In this document: piece by piece, positions 16,392-25,337 of the stretch | How the letters are laid out: each line of letters starts with the position of its first letter | Position numbering within the stretch: the first letter of the stretch is position 1 | Assembly: GCA_046262515.1 (NCBI GenBank) | Contig: JBHEMP010000064.1 | Location: 1 to 49,305 of the forward strand | Origin: Candidatus Dormibacteria bacterium | GTDB lineage: Bacteria; Chloroflexota; Dormibacteria; DASZGP01 | Direction: 5' to 3' | DNA: 49,305 nt | Position numbers and translations under genes: made by a program | Notes under the pieces: generated by a model | What the model saw: the letters and a program-made list of their open reading frames with translations, nothing else | What the model was told of the DNA's origin: nothing | Databases searched by the model: none

Positions 16392-17923
16392 GCGCGGACC
16401 TGCGCGAGGGGCTCGCTCCTTTCCATCGCGCGGCCGCCCGGGACCGGCTGCTCCGCTGGGCCCTGATCGGGGGTTCGGCCGGCGCGGCCTGGGCGGTGGC
16501 GCTGCAGCTGGCGAGCCGGGCCTGGATCCTGGCCTGGCTTGCGCCGGCGGCGACCGCGGGCGCATTGGCCCTGCTGGTCCTGGCGATCGCGTGGGGCGCG
16601 GTGCGCCGCCCGACCCTGATGAACGTGGCGCGGCTCGTCGATGCGCGGCTGGGCCTGCTCGAACGGCTGGCCTCCGCCCTGGCCACGGGGCAGGGTGACC
16701 TCGGCGATCGCCTCCACGCTGACGCCCTCACGAGCGCCCGGTCGCAGCGCCCGGCAAGCGCCTTCCCGATGCGCCGCCATCGGACGGGCGCGCTGCTGCT
16801 GGCTGCGCTGCTCAGCGCCTGCGCGCTCCTGGTCATCCTGCCCAACCCGCGCGATGCGGACCTCGCGCGCCAGCGAGCCGACCGCGCCGCCGTGGCGCGG
16901 GTCGCCGCCGAACTGGCCAGGGCCCGTGCCGCTGCCGCCGTGGCAACGCGGGACGCCAGCCCGGAGAACGCGGCTGCCCTGGACGCCGCACTGCGCGACG
17001 CCCAGCAGCGCGTGGCGCGGTCCTCGAGCCCCTACCAGGCCCTGCAGGAGTTGTCGTCCTTGCAGGAGGGCCTGAGCCGGCTTCGTGACCCCGCGTTGGC
17101 GGCCCGGCAGCAGGCGGCGCAGGCTGCCGGTGCGGCGCTGGATGGTGCGCCGGGTACAGCGCAGCTGGCGAAGGACCTCCAGCAGGGCAGGTCCGGCGCG
17201 GCGGCCACCGGCCTGCGCTCACTGGGCGCCTCGCTGGGCAAGCTGACCGCCGAGCAGCAGAAGCAACTGACTCAGGCCCTTGAGCGCGCCGCCGCGGCGT
17301 CCGCCGGCGACCCGGCCCTTCAGCAGGCGCTGGGCAAGGCCGCCTCAAACCTCCAGGCGGGCGATCTCGCCGCCGCCAATTCGGCACTGAACCAGGCCGC
17401 GAGCGCCACCGCGACACAGTCATCCGACCAGTCTTTCCAGTCCGCCCTGGCCCAGGCGCAGGCCGCCGCAGAGGCAGGCCGGCAGCAGGCAGCAGCGCAG
17501 GCCAACGCCGATGCCCAGGGTCAAGGTCAAGGTCAAGGTCAGGGACAAGGCCAGGGCCAGGGACAAGGACAGGGCCAGGGACAGGGACAGGGACAGGGAC
17601 AAGGCCAGGGACAGGGGCAAGGTCAGGGACAGGGCGGCACCGGCCAGGGCACCGGTACCGGCGGCGGCACCGGTGGGCAATCCGCAAACGCCGGCGGCGC
17701 CGACGAGCCGATATACGTGACGGGGCAACCCGGCACCGGCATCGACCAGCCGGACCCGGGCCCCCTCGGCCCCGGCCAGGCGGTCCCTCAGAGCGGGTAC
17801 CAATCGGTATTCGGCGCCTACCAGCGAGATGCCGGTGACGCGCTGGACCGATCCGCCTACGACCCCGGCAACAGCGAGCTCATCCGGCGGTACTTCTCAG
17901 ACCTCGGAGGCCCCCGCCCATGA
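16388..17923 (+). CDS. Membrane-anchored Ala/Gln-rich coiled-coil protein with a (Gly-Gln)19 tract
   Basis: Three N-terminal hydrophobic helices, about 300 aa of A/Q/L-rich sequence, the GQ repeat, a Gly/Thr tract, and the C-terminal tail …YDPGNSELIRRYFSDL. ATGA overlaps at both ends. Confidence 0.7.
   Translation: MSADLREGLAPFHRAAARDRLLRWALIGGSAGAAWAVALQLASRAWILAWLAPAATAGALALLVLAIAWGAVRRPTLMNVARLVDARLGLLERLASALATGQGDLGDRLHADALTSARSQRPASAFPMRRHRTGALLLAALLSACALLVILPNPRDADLARQRADRAAVARVAAELARARAAAAVATRDASPENAAALDAALRDAQQRVARSSSPYQALQELSSLQEGLSRLRDPALAARQQAAQAAGAALDGAPGTAQLAKDLQQGRSGAAATGLRSLGASLGKLTAEQQKQLTQALERAAAASAGDPALQQALGKAASNLQAGDLAAANSALNQAASATATQSSDQSFQSALAQAQAAAEAGRQQAAAQANADAQGQGQGQGQGQGQGQGQGQGQGQGQGQGQGQGQGQGQGQGGTGQGTGTGGGTGGQSANAGGADEPIYVTGQPGTGIDQPDPGPLGPGQAVPQSGYQSVFGAYQRDAGDALDRSAYDPGNSELIRRYFSDLGGPRP
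17516..17632 (+). repeat. Imperfect hexanucleotide tandem repeat (GGN-CAR)x19 encoding (Gly-Gln)19
   Basis: Read directly: cag ggt caa ggt caa ggt caa ggt cag gga caa ggc cag … gga cag. Units differ only at synonymous third positions. Confidence 0.9.
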
Positions 17924-18921
17924 CCGACCTGATGCGCGAGCCCATGAGTCCCGAGCGCTTCATGGAGACCGCGCGGCGACTCGAGACAGAACTCGGCAAG
18001 GTAATAGTCGGCCAGAACGAGTTGCTCCGCGACACCCTGCTGGCAATGTTCGCGGGAGGCCACGTCCTCATCGAGGGCGTACCGGGGCTGGGCAAGACGG
18101 CGCTGGTTCGAACCGTTGCCGGCTCCCTCTCGCTTCAGTTCTCGCGCGTCCAGTTCACCCCCGACCTGATGCCCGCGGACATCGTCGGCACCAACATCAT
18201 CCAGGAGCAGGACGGCGGCCGGCGGCCGGTTTACCAGCAGGGCCCAATCTTCGCCAACCTGGTCCTGGCCGACGAGATAAACCGGGCGACGCCGAAGACC
18301 CAGAGCGCGCTTTTGGAAGCGATGCAGGAGCACCACGTCACCGTTGGCACGGAGACCCGCGCGCTGCCCGAGCCCTTCTTCGTGCTGGCCACCCAGAACC
18401 CGATTGAGCTGGAGGGCACATACCCTCTGCCGGAGGCCCAGCTGGATCGCTTCCTGTTCAAGATCCTGGTCCCCTTCCCGCCGGAGTCGGACCTCGTTGA
18501 GATCGCCCGCCGCACGACTGGCGAGGCGGGCGCGGAGCCGACGCCCATCGCCGGTGCCGCGGAGGTCGCCGCGATGATCACCCTGGCCCGACAGGTGCCC
18601 GTGGCCGACCATGTCCTGGAGTACGCGGCGCGGGTGGTGGCCTCGACCCACCCTGGACGCAGCAAAAGCGAAAGCGTGCGTCGGTATGTCCGTTTCGGTG
18701 CCAGTCCCCGCGGCATGCAGGCGATGGTCCTCGCGGCAAAGGTACGGGCGCTAATGGACGGGCGGTACAACGTGGCCTTCGACGACCTCAAAGCGGTTGC
18801 GATCCCCGCGCTGCGCCACCGCGTCCTCCTCAACTTCGAGGCCGAGGCGGCGGGAATCGACGCCGACGCAGTCGTGGGCGAGATCGTCGAGATGCTCGTC
18901 ACCGACCCCGCCGCGGCGTGA
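17920..18921 (+). CDS. MoxR-family AAA+ ATPase
   Basis: The sequence …VIVGQNELLRDTLLAMFAGGHVLIEGVPGLGKT…LADEINRATPKTQSALLEAMQE…FFVLATQNPIELEGTYPLPEAQLDRF… is the canonical MoxR (AAA_3) pattern. Confidence 0.92.
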   Translation: MTDLMREPMSPERFMETARRLETELGKVIVGQNELLRDTLLAMFAGGHVLIEGVPGLGKTALVRTVAGSLSLQFSRVQFTPDLMPADIVGTNIIQEQDGGRRPVYQQGPIFANLVLADEINRATPKTQSALLEAMQEHHVTVGTETRALPEPFFVLATQNPIELEGTYPLPEAQLDRFLFKILVPFPPESDLVEIARRTTGEAGAEPTPIAGAAEVAAMITLARQVPVADHVLEYAARVVASTHPGRSKSESVRRYVRFGASPRGMQAMVLAAKVRALMDGRYNVAFDDLKAVAIPALRHRVLLNFEAEAAGIDADAVVGEIVEMLVTDPAAA

Positions 18922-19802
18922 CCACGCCCGGCGACCCGCTGGAGCTCGGTGGGCCGCTGCTGAGGCAGTTGGAGCGGCTGGCACTGCGGAGTCGCCAGCC
19001 CGTGATCGGGCAGCTTGGCGGTGGCCGGCGATCCGCCCGCCCCGGCACCTCGATGGAGTTCGCGGACTACCGCACGTATGTCCCCGGGGACGACTTTCGA
19101 AGGGTGGACTGGAACGCTTACGGCCGCCTTGACCGCCTCGTGCTACGGCTCTTCGAGGGCGAGGAGGACACCTGCCTCAACCTCTTCGTGGACTGCAGCG
19201 CCTCGATGGCCTGGGGCGCTCCCAGCAAACAATGGGCCGCGCGGCGACTCGCCGGGGCACTTGCCTACATGGCCCTCTGCGCCCACGACCGCGTCAGCGT
19301 GACCGCCATTGCGGACCGCGTGCTCGCTCAACTGCGCCCCGTTCGCGGGCGTCCTGCCGCACCCCGCGCCTGGGCATTCCTGGCGGGGTTGGGCGGGGGC
19401 GGGGAAACCCGCTTCGAGTGCGTCGCCGCGGGCGGCGCCCCCTCCCCCGGCACCAGCGTCGTCATCTCCGACTTTTTGTCGGAGGACCTCGGCGAACCAG
19501 CCGTGCGGGCACTGCGCGGGCGCGGCCAGCAGGTCGTCCTGATCCAGCTTTTGGCGCCCGGTGAACTCGATCCCGAAGTCGCCGGCGACGTGGCCTTGCG
19601 CGACCTCGAGAGCGGCGCCCGCGTGGAGGTGACCGTCACCCCGGCGGTCCTGGCCCGCTACCACGCCGCCCTCGATGCCCACGTGGACTCGATCCGCGCC
19701 ATGGCACGCGCCCACGGCGCCACCTTTCACCTGGCGGGTTCTGCTGAGCCGCTCGAGGTGCTGCTGCCCCAGACCCTGAGGCGCGCCGGGATCATCCCGT
19801 GA
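18918..19802 (+). CDS. DUF58 domain protein (MoxR partner, degenerate VWA-like)
   Basis: The motif G.S.EFADYRTYVPGDDFRRVDWNAYGRLDRLVLRLFEGE is the hallmark DUF58 segment. GTGA overlap with moxR. Confidence 0.85.
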   Translation: MTTPGDPLELGGPLLRQLERLALRSRQPVIGQLGGGRRSARPGTSMEFADYRTYVPGDDFRRVDWNAYGRLDRLVLRLFEGEEDTCLNLFVDCSASMAWGAPSKQWAARRLAGALAYMALCAHDRVSVTAIADRVLAQLRPVRGRPAAPRAWAFLAGLGGGGETRFECVAAGGAPSPGTSVVISDFLSEDLGEPAVRALRGRGQQVVLIQLLAPGELDPEVAGDVALRDLESGARVEVTVTPAVLARYHAALDAHVDSIRAMARAHGATFHLAGSAEPLEVLLPQTLRRAGIIP

Positions 19803-19812
19803 GGGCGGCCTC

Positions 19813-21639
19813 GTGAGCTTCCTGGCGCCGCTCGGCGCGCTGGCGCTGGTCGGGATCCCGGCGATCCTTGTCCTCTACTTCCTCAAGGTGCGGCGGCCGG
19901 AATCGGACTTCTCCTCGACGCTCCTGTGGCGGCGCGCCGTCCTTGACCGCCAGGCCAGCGCCCCCTGGCAGCGCCTGCGAGTCTCCAGGCTGCTGCTGCT
20001 GCAGTTGCTCGCCGTGGCCCTGCTGGCGGCGGCACTTGCGCGACCGGCGCTGGCGGTGCGAGGGGGCCTCGGCGGGCACACCATCCTCATCGTCGACAGT
20101 TCGGCGACGATGCAGGCGACGGATGTGGCGCCCAGCCGTTTCGGGGAGGCCCGTCGCCTGGCGGGGGAAGTCATCGACAAAACGGGCCCGGGGCAGCGCG
20201 TGACGCTCATCGACATGGGCCCGCAGGCGCGGCTGGCGGCGAGCGCGACCGGGGACATGGGGTCGGTCCGCGGCGCCCTGGCAGCCATGCGACCAACCAA
20301 TGGTCCTGCCGACCTGCAGCAGGCCCTGGCGCTGGCGGCGTCCACCGCCGGCGCGGCCGGGCGCACGCAGGTGATCCTCCTGGGTGACGGCATCACCCGG
20401 CCGCTACCCGCCGCCACCAGCCTTCCTTTTCCCCTGGAGTACCGCCGTGTCGGCGTCTCAGGCGAAAACCTGGCGCTCACCTCGATCACCCTCCATCCCG
20501 AGCCCGCGCAACGAACCGCGGTCGTTCGCGTGGAGAACATGGGCCGGCAGCACCGGCACGCAGATATCGAATGGCACGTCGACGGCCGGCTCGTGGATGC
20601 GCGCTCGGAAGACATTGAGGCGGGGGCGGCGCGGGACGTCAGCTTCCACGTGCCCCCTGGCGCCAACCGCGTCTGGGCGCGCCTGCGGACGCAGGACACC
20701 CTGGCCCTGGACGACGTCGCCTACGCCGTTGCCGCCCTGCCACGAACGCTGCGGGTGACGGTCGTCAGCCCGGCCAACATCTTCCTGCAGCGCGCGCTTG
20801 AGCTTCGCCCGGACCTCCGGGTGACCATGGTCCGCCCCGCCGACTATCACTTCGACTCGGCGGTGGACCTGTACGTCTTCGACGGCATCGTCCCGAGCCC
20901 CCTACCGGCAACGCCGACGTGGTATCTGAATCCCCCCGCGGGCGGCTTCGGAGCCGGCCCCCTCGTGCCGGTTGGGCGGCCGCGCGCGGCGGCTGCCGAT
21001 GACCCCCTGATGCGCGACGTCGATCTCCGCGAGGTCCACGTGGCGCGCTCCGCCGACCTGCGCCACAACACCTTCGGCGGCCGAACCCTGGTCGAGGCCG
21101 ACAGCGGTCCGCTGGTGCTGGTCCGCGACGAACCATCCCGTGCGGTCCTCTTCGGGTTCGACCTGCACTCCAGCGACCTGCCACTGCGAACCGCCTTCCC
21201 GGTTCTCGTGGACCACCTCAGCGGCGACCTGGTACCGGCGACCGTGGGCGCCCGCGCCTACCACCCCGGCGAGCCCGTTCTGCTACCCATACCGACCGGG
21301 ACGACGCGGACCGACGTGACCAGGCCGGACGGGCATGTCGACCACCTCGCCGGGACAGCCGGGGCGGGATACGCCGCCTTTGACGACACGGAGCAGACCG
21401 GCTTCTACGCCGTGGAACAGCGCGGTCAATCCGGCGTGGTCTCGTCGACGCTGGCGGTCAACGGCGGCGGCGTGACCTCCACGATCACCCCCCGCGATCG
21501 GGTCGAACTGGTCAGCTCGCGTTCCGGCGGGGCGGTGGCGGCGGCGACACCAGGGCTCAGGGAATTCTGGCCGTGGTTGGTGGCCGCGGTGCTGCTGGTA
21601 CTGACCCTGGAATGGCTGGTCTTCCATCGCGGTGGTTAG
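19813..21639 (+). CDS. BatA-type aerotolerance-regulator N-terminal domain plus VWA domain membrane protein
   Basis: The N-terminus SFLAPLGALALVGIPAILVLYFLKVRRPE is the BatA_N pattern. A VWA MIDAS-like motif ILIVDSSATM is present. There is a C-terminal TM helix (FWPWLVAAVLLVLTLEWLVF). Confidence 0.8.
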   Translation: MSFLAPLGALALVGIPAILVLYFLKVRRPESDFSSTLLWRRAVLDRQASAPWQRLRVSRLLLLQLLAVALLAAALARPALAVRGGLGGHTILIVDSSATMQATDVAPSRFGEARRLAGEVIDKTGPGQRVTLIDMGPQARLAASATGDMGSVRGALAAMRPTNGPADLQQALALAASTAGAAGRTQVILLGDGITRPLPAATSLPFPLEYRRVGVSGENLALTSITLHPEPAQRTAVVRVENMGRQHRHADIEWHVDGRLVDARSEDIEAGAARDVSFHVPPGANRVWARLRTQDTLALDDVAYAVAALPRTLRVTVVSPANIFLQRALELRPDLRVTMVRPADYHFDSAVDLYVFDGIVPSPLPATPTWYLNPPAGGFGAGPLVPVGRPRAAAADDPLMRDVDLREVHVARSADLRHNTFGGRTLVEADSGPLVLVRDEPSRAVLFGFDLHSSDLPLRTAFPVLVDHLSGDLVPATVGARAYHPGEPVLLPIPTGTTRTDVTRPDGHVDHLAGTAGAGYAAFDDTEQTGFYAVEQRGQSGVVSSTLAVNGGGVTSTITPRDRVELVSSRSGGAVAAATPGLREFWPWLVAAVLLVLTLEWLVFHRGG

Positions 21640-24448
21640 GTCCGCGCTACCCCTTAGCCTCAGCGAGCCCTTGGGCCTCCTCGGTCTCGCCGTCGTCGTG
21701 CTCGCGGCGGCCACGTGGCTGCGGTACCCGCCGCCCCTGTCGGCTGTGCGTGCGCGGCTCTCGCTGGTCACGCGCTGCCTGCTGCTGCTGCTGCTTGTAC
21801 TGGCCCTCGCCGGGCTCTCGCTGGTCCGCGATCCCACCGGGCAGGCCATCGTCGTGCTCGCGGACCGCAGCGCCAGCGTCGCACCCGCCGCGGACCAGGA
21901 GCGTGACATCCTCCGCCGCCTGCTCGACGCGCGGCACGGGGCCGACCAGCTTGGGATCGTCGCCTTTGGTCGTGAGGCGCTCGTCGAAGCCCCGCCTGGC
22001 ACCGCCCCCGCGTTCTCGGATTTCAGCACCGAGCCGAACCCCAACTACACCAGCGTCGACGACGCCCTGCGGCTGGCGTCAACGGTGATGCCGGCGGAGC
22101 TCCGCCACCACGTGGTCGTCGTCAGCGATGGCAGGGAGAACATCGGTAGCGCGACAACCCAGGCACGGCTGCTGCGCTCGCAGGGAACGCGGGTTGACGT
22201 GCTGCCGCTGCAAGTGGCGCTTGGTCCTGACGTGCGCGTGGACGGGCTGGACGTGCCGGCGGCAGTTCCGCCGGGGAACCGCGTCCACGCCGCGGTGCGC
22301 ATCACCAGCAGCGCGGCCACCTCAGGCCCTGCGCGCGTCTTCTTGGACCATGCCCTGGTCGCGGACGTCGACGCGGCCTTCCCGGCCGGCTCCAGCACGG
22401 TGGACGTCACCCTGCCACCCGCCTCGCCAGGGTTCCATGACGTCCGGGTGGAGATCGCCCCGCTGGTCGACACCTACGCGGAGAACAACAGCGGCGAGGC
22501 GCTCTTCGAGGTCCTCGGCGCCCAGCGCGCGCTGGTGGTGGAGGGCCACCCGGGAGCCGCCGCCAACCTCGTCAGCGCGCTGGCGGCGGTCTCAGTCGAG
22601 ACGGTCCTGGTTAGCCCCTCGCAGGTTCCGAGCCAGGCCAGCGGGCTGGCCGCGTACCAGGCGGTCGCTCTGGTGGACGTGCCCGCCGCGGACCTCGGTG
22701 ATGCCCGCATGGGCGCACTTCAGGTCGCGGTCAAGGACCTGGGCCTGGGACTGGCCGCCTTCGGAGGCCCCGACACGTTTGGTCCCGGCGATTACGCGGG
22801 CACACCCCTGGAGGCTGCCCTGCCGATCGACATGCAGATCTCCGACCGCTCCCAGAAGCCGCCGATCGCCGTCGTCCTGGTACTGGAGTCGATGGAGAGT
22901 TCGCAGGCGGACGCCGTGATGCGGAGCGCGGCGAAGGCCGTCGTCGGTGCCCTGACCCCAAAGGACTTCGTGGGCGTGACCGACGGCGGCAGCAGTGGGC
23001 TGGCCGTGCCGCTGCAGCCCGTCAAGGACAGAAAGGCGCTGGAGAACCAGGTCGCCGGGATCCAAAGCTTTGGAGACTCGCCGGACTACTCGCCCTATAT
23101 CTCCGCGGCCGCAGACGCGCTTGCCGCGCAGAAGGACGCGGTCAAACACATTGTTGTCGTCGGCGACGGTGACGCAATCCCCACCACCCCCGGCCTGCTG
23201 CAGGGCATGGCGGCGCGGGGCATTACCGTCTCCGCGATCGGCATCAACGTCCACGGCCAGGCGGGCCTTATGGATTCGATGCGAACCATCGCGCGTGACG
23301 GCAAGGGGCGCTTCACGGAGTCTGACAACGCCTCACAGGTTCCCCAGTTGCTGCTCCAGGAAACCGAGAAAGGCCTCAAACCCTGGATCGTCGAACAGCG
23401 TTTTCGCCCCGCGGTGGACCGCCCCAGCGGCGTCCTCGCCGGGATCGCGCCCGGGGCGCTGCCGCCCCTCGACGGGTACGTCGCCGCCACCCCCAAGGGC
23501 GCCGCCGAGGTGGTGCTGCGCAGCGCACAGCAGGACCCGGTGCTGGCGGAGTGGCAGTACGGGCTGGGGCGCACGGTGGCCTGGACCAGCGACATCGAGG
23601 GGCGATGGTCGAAGGACCTGCTGGCGTCCCCGGCAGGCGGGAAGCTCCTCGCCAACATGGTCGCGTGGACGCTGCCCCTTCGCGACGACCCCGACCTCGG
23701 CCTTCGCGCAACTTCCAGCGGGGACACCGGCCACCTGATCGCGGAACTTCGCAGCGCCAGCGCGGACACCACCGCCGTTGCCAGCATCGTCGCGCCGGAC
23801 CTGGCCACCCGCCAGGTGCCCCTGCTGCTCACCGCCTCGGGGAGGTTCGAGGGTGACTTCCCCGCGGACCAGGTGGGCGCATACATCCTCAGGGTGACCG
23901 CGGGGAAACACGGGCGGCCGGAGCACGCCGCCACCGCCGGCCTGGCCGTGGCCTACTCGCCCGAGTTCCGCTTTCTTGGCACCGACATGAATGCCCTCAG
24001 CGCGATCGCCCGCGCTGGAGGCGGCCAGGTGCTGGGCAGCCCCGACGCCGCGCTTCGCGTGTCACTGCCACCACTCCAGGTCCAGCTCGGCCTGGCCGCC
24101 TGGCTGCTGGCGCTCGCCGCCGTATTGCTGCCGGTCGACGTCGCGCTGCGGCGGCTCGTGTTCCGCCGGGGAGACGCCGAGATCTGGGCCGCCGTCGTCC
24201 GCCGCGGTGAGGCCGCGCCGGCCGAGGTTGAGGCAACCCTGGGTCGCCTGCGCGGCAGCCTGGACCGCAAACGTGCCGGGCGCCTTGGGGCGGGTGTAGG
24301 GGCGACGCCGAGCGCCGCCGCTCTGCCGCCTCCGGAGACGGGCGCCTCGCCAAACACCACCCCGGCGGAAGCGCCTCCGCCCGGTGCTGAATCCGGCGAC
24401 CTCGCGGCGCGCCTGTTGGAGCGACGGCGGACCAAGAAAGGCGATTGA
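21632..24448 (+). CDS. Large membrane protein with two VWA-like segments and GATase1-like (DUF1355-type) modules
   Basis: N-terminal TM helices. VWA-like segments VVLADRSASV and VVVVSDGREN. A GATase1-like block reads ALVDVPAADLGDARMGALQVAVKDLGLGLAAFGGPDTFGPGDYAGTPLEAALPIDM. A second block has VVGDGDA and DPVLAEWQYGLGRTVAWTSD. There is a C-terminal TM helix and a charged tail. Confidence 0.75.
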   Translation: MVRSALPLSLSEPLGLLGLAVVVLAAATWLRYPPPLSAVRARLSLVTRCLLLLLLVLALAGLSLVRDPTGQAIVVLADRSASVAPAADQERDILRRLLDARHGADQLGIVAFGREALVEAPPGTAPAFSDFSTEPNPNYTSVDDALRLASTVMPAELRHHVVVVSDGRENIGSATTQARLLRSQGTRVDVLPLQVALGPDVRVDGLDVPAAVPPGNRVHAAVRITSSAATSGPARVFLDHALVADVDAAFPAGSSTVDVTLPPASPGFHDVRVEIAPLVDTYAENNSGEALFEVLGAQRALVVEGHPGAAANLVSALAAVSVETVLVSPSQVPSQASGLAAYQAVALVDVPAADLGDARMGALQVAVKDLGLGLAAFGGPDTFGPGDYAGTPLEAALPIDMQISDRSQKPPIAVVLVLESMESSQADAVMRSAAKAVVGALTPKDFVGVTDGGSSGLAVPLQPVKDRKALENQVAGIQSFGDSPDYSPYISAAADALAAQKDAVKHIVVVGDGDAIPTTPGLLQGMAARGITVSAIGINVHGQAGLMDSMRTIARDGKGRFTESDNASQVPQLLLQETEKGLKPWIVEQRFRPAVDRPSGVLAGIAPGALPPLDGYVAATPKGAAEVVLRSAQQDPVLAEWQYGLGRTVAWTSDIEGRWSKDLLASPAGGKLLANMVAWTLPLRDDPDLGLRATSSGDTGHLIAELRSASADTTAVASIVAPDLATRQVPLLLTASGRFEGDFPADQVGAYILRVTAGKHGRPEHAATAGLAVAYSPEFRFLGTDMNALSAIARAGGGQVLGSPDAALRVSLPPLQVQLGLAAWLLALAAVLLPVDVALRRLVFRRGDAEIWAAVVRRGEAAPAEVEATLGRLRGSLDRKRAGRLGAGVGATPSAAALPPPETGASPNTTPAEAPPPGAESGDLAARLLERRRTKKGD

Positions 24449-24495
24449 GGGAGCGACCCTGGCCGCAGAACTTGGTGCGCGAGGCCCATTCCTAG

Positions 24496-24522
24496 CGTCC
24501 GATAATGGAAGCTTATCGGACG
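24496..24522 (+). terminator. Perfect 10-bp-stem hairpin downstream of the 8-gene cluster (candidate terminator, no U-tract)
   Basis: CGTCCGATAA-TGGAAGC-TTATCGGACG lies 48 nt after the stop at 24448. A second hairpin, CGAACCA-agcccc-TGGTTCG (24573-24592), is followed by TCTTC. Confidence 0.3.
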
Positions 24523-24761
24523 TCAGGAGGTCGTTGGCCCTCCCGCCCGGAACGACCTGCCTGTGATCTCCGCGAACCAAGCCCCTGGTTCGTCTTCACC
24601 TGGCAATCCGCCAACGGGGTTTAGGGCAGATCGGCCGTGACGGATGAGGTCGCCCCGGTCAGATTTACCCGTGACGGAATGCGCGCCTTGCTTCTGTTTA
24701 CAGCCACGTGTTACAGTGCCCGCTGTCGCTCCACTGGTGGGGCTACTATGGGAGGGGGACG

Positions 24762-25337
24762 ATGGCTCACCGCAAGTTCATTAAGTTCGTGGCTGGTTTG
24801 GCATCTGCGGGTGCCGCGTTGGCGGGGCTGGCTTCACCCGTGTTGGCCGATACCGCCTTCACGTCGAGTTCACCTGCGCCACAAGGATCCTGTAACCTGC
24901 CTGTCGTCTGCTCCCTGCCATTCATCGGTGATCCCGTCGGCTCGACGTATACGTGTACTGCGAGCGGTTCGGCTCACGGAACGTCTACTGCTGAAAACTC
25001 GAACAACGCATCCGTCACGGTGACGGTGGCGGACAGCGGCTCAGGCACGTGTTCATCTTCATCATCCATCACCGTCAATGTGTGTGTGCAAGTCGCGACA
25101 TCGAATATCTTCGGTGTACCTTTTGGATATTCGAACGCTGTTTGTCACAGTGTCTCCAGTACCAACGCAGCGAACCTTGCAGCCGGACCATATGTCGACA
25201 CGATCAATCAGACGGTCTGCCAGGCATGGTACCGCGCTGAAATAACGGTGACGGGCCAGTCGGGTACGAGCAGTAATTCGAACGTGCTCGATACCCAGCC
25301 ATTCACCGCCACCCGGTTGGATACGGGCTGCGCCTGA
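24762..25337 (+). CDS. Secreted Ser/Thr/Asn-rich protein with 8 cysteines (no recognisable family)
   Basis: Strong RBS GGGAGGGGG 4 nt before ATG 24762. Signal peptide MAHRKFIKFVAGLASAGAALAGLASPVLA|DT. The mature part has 8 Cys, no Lys, and repeated V/ITVT…SG(S/T) strands. Confidence 0.7.
   Translation: MAHRKFIKFVAGLASAGAALAGLASPVLADTAFTSSSPAPQGSCNLPVVCSLPFIGDPVGSTYTCTASGSAHGTSTAENSNNASVTVTVADSGSGTCSSSSSITVNVCVQVATSNIFGVPFGYSNAVCHSVSSTNAANLAAGPYVDTINQTVCQAWYRAEITVTGQSGTSSNSNVLDTQPFTATRLDTGCA

Noticed and set aside
17516-17700. Repeat array as a possible CRISPR or minisatellite
   Set aside because: The unit is only 6 nt with no spacers. It lies in frame inside a long ORF and encodes (Gly-Gln)n, so it is a coding low-complexity repeat.
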